Shown here one piece after another: positions 29,798 to 40,371 of a stretch of 64,000 bases of DNA (positions are counted from its first letter, which is position 1; every line of letters starts with the position of its first letter). Made by a program: the position numbers and the translations under genes. Origin of the DNA: an uncultured delta proteobacterium (GTDB lineage: Bacteria > Desulfobacterota > Desulfobulbia > Desulfobulbales > JAGXFP01); assembly GCA_963807225.1 (NCBI GenBank), contig CAWEAD010000008.1:200586-264585 (forward strand), given 5' to 3'. The notes beneath the pieces are model-generated. The model worked only from the letters and a program-made list of their open reading frames with translations, searched no databases and had not been told where the DNA came from.

Positions 29798-30732
29798 CTT
29801 TTCTGCCCGGTCAAACCGGCAACCAGATTACCGGCTAACTGCCGGGGATCTTCGCTGGTCCAGGATTCAGCCGGGCCCAGCATCTTTTCCAAGCGGGGTC
29901 GCAACATCTCCAAGGCCCAGTCCACCACCTCCAGACGTTGGGCGCGACTCCTTTTGGCCTGGTGTTCGCCGCTTTGCCGCCGACCGGCGTCAAGTCGGTC
30001 GAGGGTGGCGGCCAATTCGGCAACCCCGATATTTTCGCTGGCGGTGGTCATACTGACCCGGGGAAGTGAATCCGGTAGGGCAGGGCGGTCGCGAGTGGCG
30101 GTTTCCAAGTCCAGGGCCAGGGCTTCGGCGCCCGGACAATCCGCTTTGTTAATCACCAGCAGATCGGCCACTTCCAGCAGACCGGCCTTCATGGCCTGGA
30201 TATCATCGCCTTGGCCGGGTGCGACCACCAGGGCAGTGAGATCGGCCAGCCTGACAATGTCCATCTCCGACTGGCCGACACCAACCGTCTCGATGATAAT
30301 CACCGAGCAGCCGGCCGCGGCCAGCACCCGGACCGTAGCGCCGGCTGCGGCGCAGAGTCCGCCCAAGCGTCCTCGAGTTGCCATGGAGCGCATGACCACA
30401 TCATGATCAAGCGCGTGATCCATCATCCTGATCCGGTCGCCCAGCAAGGCGCCGCCGGAAAGCGGCGAACTGGGGTCGATGGCTACCACGCCGACCCGTT
30501 CGCCCTGACGGCGATAATGGCCGATGAGCCGGCCAGTCAGGGTAGACTTGCCGGCACCGGGAGGACCGGTTATCCCGTACACTCTGGCCTGAGCGATCAG
30601 CCCCCGGTCCAGGCCGGCCAGGATCTTTCCCGTCTCGGGGGCGCCGCTTTCGATCAGGGAGATGGCCCGGGCGATGGCTCGCGGATCGCGGCGCCGCACT
30701 CCGTCAATGAGGGTGGCAGGGGTTGGCATCAT
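29794..30732 (-). CDS. meaB: methylmalonyl-CoA mutase-associated GTPase MeaB (ArgK family)
   Basis: P-loop [27 protein letters not shown]. Located between the two mutase subunit genes. Confidence 0.9.
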   Translation of the reverse strand: MMPTPATLIDGVRRRDPRAIARAISLIESGAPETGKILAGLDRGLIAQARVYGITGPPGAGKSTLTGRLIGHYRRQGERVGVVAIDPSSPLSGGALLGDRIRMMDHALDHDVVMRSMATRGRLGGLCAAAGATVRVLAAAGCSVIIIETVGVGQSEMDIVRLADLTALVVAPGQGDDIQAMKAGLLEVADLLVINKADCPGAEALALDLETATRDRPALPDSLPRVSMTTASENIGVAELAATLDRLDAGRRQSGEHQAKRSRAQRLEVVDWALEMLRPRLEKMLGPAESWTSEDPRQLAGNLVAGLTGQKR

Positions 30733-30734
30733 TA

Positions 30735-31322
30735 CTACCGGGTCTGCCGGTGGTGTGCGGCGCAGGCCTCCCGGAAGGCAGCCAGGATGGTTTCGATGGG
30801 AGTGCCGGGGGTGAAGATCGCCCGGATGCCGGCCGCTAGCAGAACGTCGATTTCTTCCTCAGGGATGATGCCGCCACCGAGGACCGGGATGTCGGCAGCG
30901 CCGATGGCGCGCAAGGCTTCAATCACTGCAGGAAATAATCGGCTGTGCCCACCGGAAAGGGAAGAGAGGCCGACGGCCGCCACATCCTCCTGAACGGCGG
31001 CGGCGGCGATTTCCTCCGGGGTACGGCGAATGCCGGTATAGATCACCTCGAAGCCGGCGTCGCGCAGAGCCCGGGCAATGAACTTTGCCCCGCGGTCATG
31101 GCCGTCCAGGCCTGGTTTGCCGATCAGGACCCGATATCGAATGGGTTCGCCGGACGCCGAATCTGCTTCGTTATCGGGCCGGTCACATACCGGAGTATAG
31201 TGACCGGACCCCTGCCTCGCATCTTCAGCCCCCTGCGAGCCCATTCCGCTTTGCAGCTTTTCATTTTCGTCAGGGATATTATCCTGGGCAGCTTTATGAT
31301 ATTTACGGTTGGAATCTCTCAT
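30735..31322 (-). CDS. methylmalonyl-CoA mutase small subunit (cobalamin-binding domain) with an acidic N-terminal extension
   Basis: [34 protein letters not shown] carries the DxHxxG B12-binding motif. About 55 residues of low-complexity sequence precede it, with no closer canonical start. Confidence 0.85.
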   Translation of the reverse strand: MRDSNRKYHKAAQDNIPDENEKLQSGMGSQGAEDARQGSGHYTPVCDRPDNEADSASGEPIRYRVLIGKPGLDGHDRGAKFIARALRDAGFEVIYTGIRRTPEEIAAAAVQEDVAAVGLSSLSGGHSRLFPAVIEALRAIGAADIPVLGGGIIPEEEIDVLLAAGIRAIFTPGTPIETILAAFREACAAHHRQTR

Positions 31323-31342
31323 GATGCTACTCCGTAAAGAGT

Positions 31343-32218
31343 TTAGGCCGGTTCAAAAATATCTTTACACATCCGACCCAGGCGGCCCAGGTCACGGCAG
31401 ACTTTAATGCCGGCCCCTTCCAGGGCTGCAATCTTGGCGGTGGCGGTGGTGGAGGCGCCGCTGACAATGGCCCCGGCATGGCCCATACGGCGGCCGGGCG
31501 GGGCGGTGAGTCCGGCGATGAAACCGACTACCGGCTTGCGCATCCGGGCGGCCACGAAGGCGGCGGCTTCTTCTTCGGCGTTGCCGCCGATTTCGCCGAC
31601 CAATACTACTCCGGTAGTCTCGGGATCTTCTTCAAAGGCGGCCAGGCAGTCGATGAAGCCGGTGCCGACCACCGGATCGCCGCCGATTCCGACGCAGGTC
31701 GATTGGCCCAGACCCTCGCGGGTTAGTTGATGCACTACCTCATAGGTCAAGGTGCCGGAGCGGGAAATCACCCCGATGCTACCCCGACTGTGGATGGCGC
31801 CGGGCATGATTCCGGCCTTGCTCAAGCCTGGCGAAATTAACCCGGGACAGTTGGGGCCGATAAGTCGAGATGGGGTCCCGGCCAGGAATTTTTTGACCTT
31901 AAGCATGTCGAGGATCGGGATGCCCTCGGTGATGGCGACGATTATGGGGATCTCCGCCGCCGCGGCCTCCAGGATGGCATCTGCGGCGAAGAGGGGTGGG
32001 ACGAAGATCAACGAGCAGTTGGCCCCTGTGGATGCAGCCGCCTCTTGCACGGTGTCGAATACCGGGATATCGTCCACCTCCTGACCGCCTTTGCCCGGGG
32101 TAACTCCGGCCACCACGCAGGTGCCGTAATCCCGGCATTGCCTGGAGTGGAACTGCCCCTCGCGTCCGGTGATGCCTTGGACCAGGAGGCGGGTCTGTTG
32201 ATCGATGAAAATGCTCAT
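31343..32218 (-). CDS. sucD: succinate--CoA ligase (ADP-forming) alpha subunit
   Basis: [24 protein letters not shown] start. [22 protein letters not shown] and MGHAGAIV (phosphohistidine loop). ATGA overlap with the sucC stop. The longer ORF-track model (to 32419) runs inside sucC. Confidence 0.9.
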   Translation of the reverse strand: MSIFIDQQTRLLVQGITGREGQFHSRQCRDYGTCVVAGVTPGKGGQEVDDIPVFDTVQEAAASTGANCSLIFVPPLFAADAILEAAAAEIPIIVAITEGIPILDMLKVKKFLAGTPSRLIGPNCPGLISPGLSKAGIMPGAIHSRGSIGVISRSGTLTYEVVHQLTREGLGQSTCVGIGGDPVVGTGFIDCLAAFEEDPETTGVVLVGEIGGNAEEEAAAFVAARMRKPVVGFIAGLTAPPGRRMGHAGAIVSGASTTATAKIAALEGAGIKVCRDLGRLGRMCKDIFEPA

Positions 32219-33390
32219 GCCCGGCTCCCGGAGTTGACGATGTCGGCAATCTTGGCGGCCGCATCGGTCAGGTCGGCCGCGGTGATCAGGGCCAGGCCGG
32301 ACTCGGCCAGGATCCTGCGGCCCTCTTCGACGTTGGTGCCTTCCATGCGGATCACCACCGGCACGTTGATCTGGCTGTTTCGGGCGGCTTGGACAATCCC
32401 TTCGGCCAGGATATCGCAACGGAGGATACCGCCGAAGATGTTGATCAGAATCCCTTGCACTTTTGGGTCAGAGAGTATGATCCGGAAGCCCTCTTCGATC
32501 ATTGCGGCGCTGGCTCCGCCGCCCACATCCAGAAAATTGGCCGGTTCGCCGCCGGCCTGCTTGATCAGGTCCATGGTGGCCATGGCCAGACCGGCGCCGT
32601 TGACCATGTTGCCGATATTGCCGTCCAGGTTGATATAGTTGAGCCCGACCTTGGCGGCCGCCAGCTCCAAAGGGTCTTCCTCGGCCTCGTCGCGCCAGGC
32701 CGCCAGTTCCGGGTGGCGCGAAAGACCGTTGTCGTCCAGATCGATCTTGGCGTCCAGGGCGACCAGCTGTCCGCCACCGGTGACCACCAGGGGGTTGATC
32801 TCGATCAGTGAACAGTCGTTTTCCAGGAGGAGGCGAAAAAGCCCGGTCAGAATCGCGGCAAACTGGCGATGCAGGCTGGGCTGCAGACCCAGGGCGAAGG
32901 CGACCTGGCGGCAGTGAAAAGGTTGCAGGGAAAGCAGGGGGTCGACCCTGACCTTGACGATTTTATCCGGGGTGGCCTTGGCTACCGACTCGATGTCCAT
33001 GCCACCGGACTGGCTGGCCAAGATCAAGAGCGAGCCGGTGGCGCGTTCGGGAATAATACTCAAGTATAGTTCGCGGGCGAGATCCAGCCCTTGCTCGATC
33101 AGGAGGCGGCCGACTTTCTTGCCGGCTGGTCCGGTCTGGGCGGTAACCAGGGGCGAGGCCAGGATGGAGGCGGCGGCCTCCTCCGCTTCCATCTCGGTCG
33201 CGGCGATTCTAACCCCGCCGCCCTTGCCGCGGCCGCCGGCATGGATCTGGGCCTTGACCACAACCGGGTAGACCCCCAACTTTCGGGCGGCCTCCCTCGC
33301 CTCGGTAACGCTGGTGGCCGTGAAGCCCTCCGGTACCGGCAGCAAGTAGCGGCGGAAGAGTTCCTTGGCTTGATATTCGTGGAGCTTCAT
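32215..33390 (-). CDS. sucC: succinate--CoA ligase (ADP-forming) beta subunit
   Basis: [15 protein letters not shown]..., [41 protein letters not shown]. Confidence 0.9.
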   Translation of the reverse strand: MKLHEYQAKELFRRYLLPVPEGFTATSVTEAREAARKLGVYPVVVKAQIHAGGRGKGGGVRIAATEMEAEEAAASILASPLVTAQTGPAGKKVGRLLIEQGLDLARELYLSIIPERATGSLLILASQSGGMDIESVAKATPDKIVKVRVDPLLSLQPFHCRQVAFALGLQPSLHRQFAAILTGLFRLLLENDCSLIEINPLVVTGGGQLVALDAKIDLDDNGLSRHPELAAWRDEAEEDPLELAAAKVGLNYINLDGNIGNMVNGAGLAMATMDLIKQAGGEPANFLDVGGGASAAMIEEGFRIILSDPKVQGILINIFGGILRCDILAEGIVQAARNSQINVPVVIRMEGTNVEEGRRILAESGLALITAADLTDAAAKIADIVNSGSRA

Positions 33391-33478
33391 TGATTTATCC
33401 CATTCAGGTGACCTGAGACCTGCTCCTTAAGCAGCCTCGATTACAGTTCCCTAGTTTCGCACGGTAAGGGAATCTGAC

Positions 33479-35377
33479 TCAACCTTTTTTGGGATAGCCC
33501 ATGCCTTTAAGAGTTTCGGTGATCTCGTCGATGATGGCCGGATCATCGATGGTCGAGGGCAGTCGGTACTCTTTGCCGTTGGAGATGGCGCGCATGGTGC
33601 CACGCAGGATCTTGCCGGATCGGGTTTTGGGCAGCCGGTGGATCTGGGCCGATTCACGGAAACAGGCGATGGGGCCGATCTGGTCGCGGACCATTTTGAC
33701 CAGTTCCTGCTTGATCTCCTCCGGATTTTTGTCTATCCCGGACTTGAGGACGAAAAAGCCCAGGGGCAGTTCGCCCTTGAGCTGGTCGTGGGTGCCGATC
33801 ACCGCGCACTCAGCGATGGCCGGGTGGGTGGCGATGATCTCCTCCATTTCCCCGGTCGAGAGGCGGTGGCCGGCGATGTTGATGACGTCATCCATCCGGC
33901 CCATGACATAGACGTAACCGTCAGCGTCGATGTAGCCGCCGTCGCTGGTCTCGTAGTAGCCGGGGAAATGGCTCATGTAGGAACTGATGAAACGGTCGTC
34001 GTTATGCCAGAGAGTGGCCAGGGTGCCGGGTGGCAGAGGCAGCCGAATGACGATGTTGCCTTCCTGGCCGGCCGGGAGTTCCTGGCCCTGGTTGTCGAGG
34101 ATTCTAACATCGTAGCCCGGCGCCGGTTTTGTGGGGGAGCCGGGTTTGACCGGGAATTCTTCGATGCCGCGGCAGTTGGCGACGATGGCCCAGCCGGTCT
34201 CGGTCTGCCACCAGTGGTCGATAACCGGGCGCTGTAAGAGGTTGCGAGCCCAGTGGTAAGTATCCGGGTCAAGACGTTCACCGGCCAGGTAGAGAGCCTC
34301 GAATTTGCCGAGGTCGTAGCGGCGACAGAAATCGCCGTTGGAGTCTTCCTTCTTGATGGCCCGGAAGGCGGTGGGGGCGGTGAACAGCACTTTGACGCCG
34401 TATTCGCTGATTACCCGCCAGAAAGCGCCGGCGTCCGGGGTGCCGATCGGTTTGCCTTCGTAGATAATGGTGGTGCAGCCCCGCAGCAGCGGACCGTAGA
34501 CGATATAGGAGTGACCGACCACCCAGCCCACGTCGGAGGCGGCCCAGAAGACATCGCCGGCCTCGACGTTGTAAATGTTCTTCATCGACCAGTGCAGGGC
34601 TACGGCGTGCCCGCCGTTGTCTCGCAGCACTCCCTTGGGCATACCGGTGGTGCCGGAGGTGTAAAGGATGTACAGCGGGTCAGTGGCCTTGACCGGTACA
34701 CAGGGGGCGGGCTGGGCGTTTTGTACCAACTCCTGCCAGTCCAGGTCGCGGCCGGGGATCAGGTCGGCGCGAACGAAGTCACGCTGGAAGACGATGCATT
34801 TTTCTGGTTGGTGCTGGGACTGTTCGATGGCCGAGTCGATCAGGGGTTTATAGGCCAGATGTTTCTTGCCTTCGATGGCTCCCGAGGCGATGACCAGCAG
34901 TTTGGGACGGGCATGGTCGATACGGATGGCCAATTCATGGGCGGCGAAACCGCCGAAGACCACCGAGTGGATGGCGCCGAGCCTGGCGCAGGCCAGCATG
35001 GCAACGGCCGCCTCGGGAATCATCGGCATATAGATGATCACCGTGTCACCCTTGGCTACTCCCTGGGCTTTCAGGCCGCCGGCGAAGGCGGCGACCTGGT
35101 CCCGTAGCTCGGTGTAAGTAATCTTGGCCTTGGTATCGGTGACCGGACTGTCGTAAATGATCGCAACCTGTTCGCCCCGGCCATTTTCGACGTGCCGATC
35201 GACGGCGTTGTAACAGGTATTCAACTCTCCGCCGGCGAACCAGTGGTAGAAGGGGGGATTGGCGCCATCCAGTACTTTGTCGAAAGGTCGGTGCCATTCG
35301 ATGCCTTCGGCGGCCCGGCTCCAAAACTGTTCAGGATTATAAATGCTTTCCCGGTATACTTCGTCGTACAGTCCCAT
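33479..35377 (-). CDS. prpE: AMP-forming acyl-CoA synthetase, propionate--CoA ligase type
   Basis: 632 aa. YTSGTTGMPKG AMP-binding motif. The N-terminus YDEVYRESIYNPEQFWSRAAEGIEWHRPF and C-terminal LPKTRSGKILR match the Acs/PrpE family. The PrpE assignment is partly from operon context. Confidence 0.75.
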   Translation of the reverse strand: MGLYDEVYRESIYNPEQFWSRAAEGIEWHRPFDKVLDGANPPFYHWFAGGELNTCYNAVDRHVENGRGEQVAIIYDSPVTDTKAKITYTELRDQVAAFAGGLKAQGVAKGDTVIIYMPMIPEAAVAMLACARLGAIHSVVFGGFAAHELAIRIDHARPKLLVIASGAIEGKKHLAYKPLIDSAIEQSQHQPEKCIVFQRDFVRADLIPGRDLDWQELVQNAQPAPCVPVKATDPLYILYTSGTTGMPKGVLRDNGGHAVALHWSMKNIYNVEAGDVFWAASDVGWVVGHSYIVYGPLLRGCTTIIYEGKPIGTPDAGAFWRVISEYGVKVLFTAPTAFRAIKKEDSNGDFCRRYDLGKFEALYLAGERLDPDTYHWARNLLQRPVIDHWWQTETGWAIVANCRGIEEFPVKPGSPTKPAPGYDVRILDNQGQELPAGQEGNIVIRLPLPPGTLATLWHNDDRFISSYMSHFPGYYETSDGGYIDADGYVYVMGRMDDVINIAGHRLSTGEMEEIIATHPAIAECAVIGTHDQLKGELPLGFFVLKSGIDKNPEEIKQELVKMVRDQIGPIACFRESAQIHRLPKTRSGKILRGTMRAISNGKEYRLPSTIDDPAIIDEITETLKGMGYPKKG

Positions 35378-35815
35378 AGGAGATCTCCCTGGTTTGCGGG
35401 TTGCGTTTCGTTATTCCGAACAGGGCTGAAGAAGAAGAGCAAAAAGGAGGGACATTACATTAACTAAACATATTCCCTCGTTATTAGGTGCTAGTCCAAA
35501 TATCACCGCCAAGGTCTTGAATATATTAAATAGTTATAACTGTCAACCGTTCTCGTTTAATTTAAGAATTACCACGTTGTGGCAGTTTGAGGGCAGTTGT
35601 TTTAAGCGTTGTTAGGTTGGCCGGGCCGGTCGCCGATCAGCAAACCCCGGCATTTTGTGGCTGTGGAAGCGGATGGTTGGAAAGGAAAAAGAGTTGGCAT
35701 TTGCATGGAGATTTGTCACATTGCGGTTGGATGACGCATGTCGCTACCCGCCGATTTTGACCGGGTGTCTTTAACTGTAAATTTTCCGGAGTTGAGCCTG
35801 GGAATGGGGCGATAG

Positions 35816-37033
35816 ATGACACGGAAAAAGATCCTGGTTCTTACCTCGACCTTCCCTCGTTGGGATAACGATTCCTCCCCGCCCTTTGTTTTCGAACTTT
35901 CTAAGAGGCTTACCCGGGATTTCGAAGTGACGGTCTTAGCGCCGAATTACCCTGGTTCCCTGACCAGGGAAATGGTTTCCGGGATGCGGGTCCGCAGATT
36001 TCGCTATTTCTGGCGGAGTTTCGAGACACTGGCCGGGGATAAGGCCATCCTGCCAGCCTTGCGCGACAATCCGCTAAAGTATCTTCTAATCCCCTTCTTC
36101 CTTCTGGGGGAGTTTCTCTCGGTCCTGTGGCTGATCAGAAGCCATAAAATTGAGGCAATACATGCCCACTGGCTGTTGCCACAGGGGCTGATCGCCGCCT
36201 TGGTCAAAATGCTCACCGGCACCCCCTTTCTAGTCACAGCCCATGGCGGGGATGTTTTCGGTCTGCAGGGTCGATTCGCCGTCGCCCTGAAGCGACTGGT
36301 ACTGGCCAAGGCGGCCGGGGTGACGGTGGTTAGCCGCGCCTTGGCCGCTAAGGTTAGGGAGTTGGCGCCTGCGACTCCGTTAGAGATCATTCCCATGGGA
36401 GTGGACGGGGAACTCTTCAAGCCGGAACATAAGGATCCCAACCTGCGCGAGAGACTCGGCATCTCAGGACCGTTCCTCCTCTTCGTAGGGCGGCTATCAG
36501 AGAAAAAAGGAGTGCGTTATCTTCTGGAGGCTATGCCTGCTGTACTGAGAAAATTTCCGGAGGCCAAGCTGGTGCTGATCGGCCAGGGCGAACTCGCTGA
36601 TAGTTTGCGCTTTCTGGTGCGGGAACTGGTAATTGCCGAACGGGTCATCTTTCTCGGTGCCGTCCCCAACCGGGAACTGCCAGGTTATTATGCCACGGCT
36701 GATCTATTTATCGGTCCGTCGGTGACCGCAGGTGGAGGCGATATGGAGGGGTTTGGTCTGACTTTCGTTGAGGCCGGTCTCTCCGGCGCCACCCTCGTCG
36801 GCACTGATAGCGGCGGGATTCGAGATATTATTGAATCAGGTGAGACCGGTTTCATGGTCCGGGAAAAGGATGCCGCAGACCTGGCGGCTACCCTCTTGCG
36901 GCTTATTGCTGATCCCTCTACTTGCGCCATGGTGGGCGCCGAAGCCCGCCGCCGGTTCCTGGCCAGTTTCGACTGGGTGGTTATCTCCGGTCGCTACCGG
37001 GACTTTCTCGTTCGTCTCTGGCCGGAATTATAG
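35816..37033 (+). CDS. glycosyltransferase family 4 (GT-B fold)
   Basis: KILVLTSTFPRW..., VTAHGGDVF, GGDMEGFGLTFVEAGLSGATLVGTDSGGIRDII (EX7E-type motif). Confidence 0.8.
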   Translation: MTRKKILVLTSTFPRWDNDSSPPFVFELSKRLTRDFEVTVLAPNYPGSLTREMVSGMRVRRFRYFWRSFETLAGDKAILPALRDNPLKYLLIPFFLLGEFLSVLWLIRSHKIEAIHAHWLLPQGLIAALVKMLTGTPFLVTAHGGDVFGLQGRFAVALKRLVLAKAAGVTVVSRALAAKVRELAPATPLEIIPMGVDGELFKPEHKDPNLRERLGISGPFLLFVGRLSEKKGVRYLLEAMPAVLRKFPEAKLVLIGQGELADSLRFLVRELVIAERVIFLGAVPNRELPGYYATADLFIGPSVTAGGGDMEGFGLTFVEAGLSGATLVGTDSGGIRDIIESGETGFMVREKDAADLAATLLRLIADPSTCAMVGAEARRRFLASFDWVVISGRYRDFLVRLWPEL

Positions 37034-37780
37034 CATTTGCGGATATCAGTGCTTTTCTCTTGAATCGGCTGTTGCTTCCTGCTATTTTGTTCACAAAAAG
37101 TGAACGTAATACAGGTTAAAAATTCCAGGAAATTGCTCCTATAAAGCACGCGTCAGCGACTTAACGTCTCTCTTCTTAAATCTTGAAATGAAGGGTATCT
37201 ATTTGAACTTAAGTGCTAATTTAGCTACTCACCCCAACCAGGTTAGGGAAGGATTGCACTAGTTGGGCGAGTCAGGCGTCTTTTCAGCGAGAAGAATGCC
37301 TGGTCGATCTATTTCAGCAATCAATCATTAACGCCTTATTTTTTACGTTTTAAATTCCATGGTCAGAAAGTACCTGGGGATGGATCGCATTATTGAGTTT
37401 ATTATAGAACAGCTGGATAATCTGGCAGCCGCCCTACCATTTTCGTAGGAGCCAGCAGAACCGAAAGCCGGTACACTGGCATGATAATTTGGCATTATCG
37501 CGATCTTTTCTATACCTGTTATTAAAAATTGATCCGGTGGGCTTGTCCTTCATGCCGCTTAATGAAGGACAGTTTTAATGTCCTGATATGATAGACTCCC
37601 GAAAGCCAAGGGCTTCTAATTGTGGGCATTTTAGGCTGTAGATTCCGCTTTGATCCCTGTGAGAATGCTTCGGTTCGATGGGTTTTTTCACGGAACACTA
37701 GAAGGGATGGTTAGTTAGTTTTTTGTTGTTGTGGCCATTCGCAACTACGTTGATGATTATTATAGAAGCAGTTTAGTGGC

Positions 37781-38788
37781 ATGAATCAATTTGCCAAGCT
37801 AAGCACCTCTTTTTTCAACCATTGGTGGTATTTTAGCGTGATGAACAATTCCAGAGGTCTTTTTGAGCAACTTCCTGCTGCACTGAAAGGCAGGAGCGGT
37901 TGGCCCTGGACTGAACATTCCCCTCTTGTGCCGGAGTCCATGCCGGACGGCTCTATGTGGCCACGAATCTCCATCGTAACACCCTCCCTTAACCAAGGAC
38001 AATTTATCGAAGAAACCATTCGTTCCGTACTCCTGCAAAATTATCCAAATCTTGAGTATATAATTATTGATGGTGGGAGCAACGATGATTCCGTAAATAT
38101 CATCGAAAAATATGATCCATGGATCAGTTACTGGGTCAGCGAGCCGGATCGGGGCCAGAGTCATGCCATCAACAAGGGATTACGGCGGTCCACCGGAGAT
38201 ATTTTATGCTGGCTCAATTCAGATGACTGGCTCATGCCAGGGGCTTTGAGATTGGCCGCGCAAAAAATAGAAATTCAAACAGCAGCTTGGTTGATCGGTT
38301 GTGCGGAAGTTACCACCAGTAAAGGGGGAAAAAAATATACCAAACAACTCAAGGAAGAAGTTTCGCTGAAGACCTTCCGAAATTGGAATCTTGACTGGAT
38401 TCCTCAACAGTCAACTTTCTGGAACCGTCGTATTATGGAAAGATGTGGGTATTTAGATGAGACCCTTCATTATGCCATGGATGTCGATTTCCTTTTTCGG
38501 CTTTTTGAAATTACCGTTCCATTGATATGCCACGATGTTTTGGCGAATTACCGAATACAGCCGGGTGCCAAAACACAGATACAGAGTGATAAGTCAATTC
38601 GTGAAACTGCCGATTGGATCACTAAAAATATTTTATTGAATCAGGATAAACCTGAAAAGATCATTGCCGAATATGTGACAGACACGATTGTTTTGCAAAA
38701 AAAGATGAACCAGATAAGACGTCATCCGGTCATTGGGAAGTGCATTTCATTTTGGGGAAGATTTGTCAATAGTAACTTCAATATCTAG
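37781..38788 (+). CDS. glycosyltransferase family 2
   Basis: ISIVTPSLNQGQFIEETIRSVLLQNYPNLEYIIIDGGSNDDS...LNSDD (DxD). The true start may be an internal ATG (37841 or 37940). AT-rich gene. Confidence 0.8.
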   Translation: MNQFAKLSTSFFNHWWYFSVMNNSRGLFEQLPAALKGRSGWPWTEHSPLVPESMPDGSMWPRISIVTPSLNQGQFIEETIRSVLLQNYPNLEYIIIDGGSNDDSVNIIEKYDPWISYWVSEPDRGQSHAINKGLRRSTGDILCWLNSDDWLMPGALRLAAQKIEIQTAAWLIGCAEVTTSKGGKKYTKQLKEEVSLKTFRNWNLDWIPQQSTFWNRRIMERCGYLDETLHYAMDVDFLFRLFEITVPLICHDVLANYRIQPGAKTQIQSDKSIRETADWITKNILLNQDKPEKIIAEYVTDTIVLQKKMNQIRRHPVIGKCISFWGRFVNSNFNI

Positions 38789-38807
38789 TAATGTGTGAAA
38801 GTTTATA

Positions 38808-39980
38808 ATGAAATTATTCATGGAATTGATAGGGAGAATTTTTTTATTATCAATTGTAATAATGTCCTCTGTTTTTTATTCTCTTCGCCGACGTTTGGGA
38901 TTTGCTGAAAAGGAGTGGGTCTGGTTGATTGGTGAGAATCGAGGTGATTGCGTCTGCGATAATGGTTACTTTTTTTACAGATATTGTCGCTTGAATCATT
39001 CCGAGAGAAAAAAAATATATTTTGTTGTCAAAAAAAGTTCTTCCCTTTTCAAGGAACTTTCAGTCAACGATGATCATGTATTAACATTTGGATCACTAAG
39101 GCATGCAATGGTGTTTTCCCGGACGATGATTGGTCTCTATACTCATACCTATTCTGATCTCATTTATCGGAGAATTTATGAGATATCCGGAGGGATTAAA
39201 AAGCTCGTATTTCTGCATCATGGTGTTTTGGGGTTTAAAAAATTTAACGATTTTTATAGAAAAAAACGAGCGGTTATGGATGTTTTTACTGTTGGTAACA
39301 AGCTCGAAGAGGAAATATTAAGGAATCAGGAAGGTGTGCCAGGCCATAAACTACGTCTAACTGGCTATGCACGTTATGATTACTTGTATAATACAGCGAG
39401 TTCCGGTTCCCCTAAAATTGTATATATCCCGACATACAGGGATTGGATACTGGAAGATTTTCAATCGTCCCAGTTTTACCATAAAGTGATGTCGCTTCTA
39501 AAAAATGATACTTTGGGGTTACTGCTTGATAAGTACAATATTTCTTTTTGTGTATATCTCCACAAGTATCACCAGCCCTATATTCATACTTTGAGTAGTC
39601 CATTCGATAACGTCAGGATTTTGCAACTTGGAGAATCTAGCCCATCTGAATTGATATCTACAGGAAATATGCTGATAACTGATTATTCAAGTGTTTCGTG
39701 GGATTTTTTTTATCTTTCCAAACCGGTACTTTTTTATCGTTTTGATATCAGTGAATATTTGCTGAGCAGAGGTTGTTATATTTCCCTTGACGAAGAAAAT
39801 CTTGGGGAGATTACTCAATGTGAAGATGATTTGGTTAATAAAATTGAAGAGTATTGTGAAAATGGTTTTCTGTTTAAACCCTGTTTCCAGCAATATCGAG
39901 AATCGATTTTACCTGCTTTTGATGGGAAGAATTGTTCCAGGATATATAACGAAGTCTTAAACATTGAAAGAGGTGAGTGA
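38808..39980 (+). CDS. CDP-glycerol glycerophosphotransferase family protein (TagF/TagB-like)
   Basis: N-terminal WLIGENRGDCVCDNGYFFYRY. IVYIPTYRDW and MLITDYSSVSWDFFYLSKPVLFYRFD are hallmark Glyphos_transf motifs. Confidence 0.8.
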   Translation: MKLFMELIGRIFLLSIVIMSSVFYSLRRRLGFAEKEWVWLIGENRGDCVCDNGYFFYRYCRLNHSERKKIYFVVKKSSSLFKELSVNDDHVLTFGSLRHAMVFSRTMIGLYTHTYSDLIYRRIYEISGGIKKLVFLHHGVLGFKKFNDFYRKKRAVMDVFTVGNKLEEEILRNQEGVPGHKLRLTGYARYDYLYNTASSGSPKIVYIPTYRDWILEDFQSSQFYHKVMSLLKNDTLGLLLDKYNISFCVYLHKYHQPYIHTLSSPFDNVRILQLGESSPSELISTGNMLITDYSSVSWDFFYLSKPVLFYRFDISEYLLSRGCYISLDEENLGEITQCEDDLVNKIEEYCENGFLFKPCFQQYRESILPAFDGKNCSRIYNEVLNIERGE

Positions 39981-40369
39981 TGGCTAGGGTAATCACTTTT
40001 GGTACCTTCGATGTGTTTCATATAGGGCATCTGCGTATTCTGGAACGCGCCCGAAATATGGGTGATTATCTGTTGGTAGGAGTTTCCTCAGATCGTCTGA
40101 ACTATTTGAAAAAAGGACGAAACCCGGTTTATGGGCAAGATGAGCGGATAATGATCGTTAAAGCACTTCGTTGCGTTGACGAGGTGTTTTGGGAAGAATC
40201 CCTTGAATTGAAACGTCACTATATTGAAATGCATCAAGCCGATATCCTGGTGATGGGTGATGATTGGGGCGGTAAGTTCGATCATTATCAGGACATCTGT
40301 GAAGTCGTGTATCTGCCTCGGACGCCGTCCATTTCCACCACAGAAGTTATTGAGAAGATCCGGCGATAA
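39980..40369 (+). CDS. tagD: glycerol-3-phosphate cytidylyltransferase
   Basis: MARVITFGTFDVFHIGHLRILERARNMGDYLLVGVSSD (HxGH) and RTPSISTTEVIEKI. ATG overlaps the upstream stop (TGATG). Confidence 0.9.
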   Translation: MARVITFGTFDVFHIGHLRILERARNMGDYLLVGVSSDRLNYLKKGRNPVYGQDERIMIVKALRCVDEVFWEESLELKRHYIEMHQADILVMGDDWGGKFDHYQDICEVVYLPRTPSISTTEVIEKIRR

Positions 40370-40371
40370 TC

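Noticed and set aside
32219-32419. N-terminal 67-codon extension of the sucD ORF
   Set aside because: The extension lies entirely inside sucC in another frame and is Arg/Pro/Gly-rich. Canonical SucD begins at MSIFIDQ (ATG 32218), forming an ATGA overlap with the sucC stop.
35695-35708. TTGGCATTTGCATGG as a sigma54 promoter upstream of the first GT4 gene
   Set aside because: The GG and GC elements are only 7 nt apart instead of the required ~10-nt separation (TGGCAC-N5-TTGC), so this is not a valid -24/-12 promoter.
37672-37678. GGTTCGA near 37.67 kb as a partial tRNA-Gln T-arm repeat (att site) marking the left island boundary
   Set aside because: Only 7 nt match and the orientation is wrong relative to the tRNA 3' end. 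I found no extended direct repeat or integrase by eye. This needs a computational repeat search.
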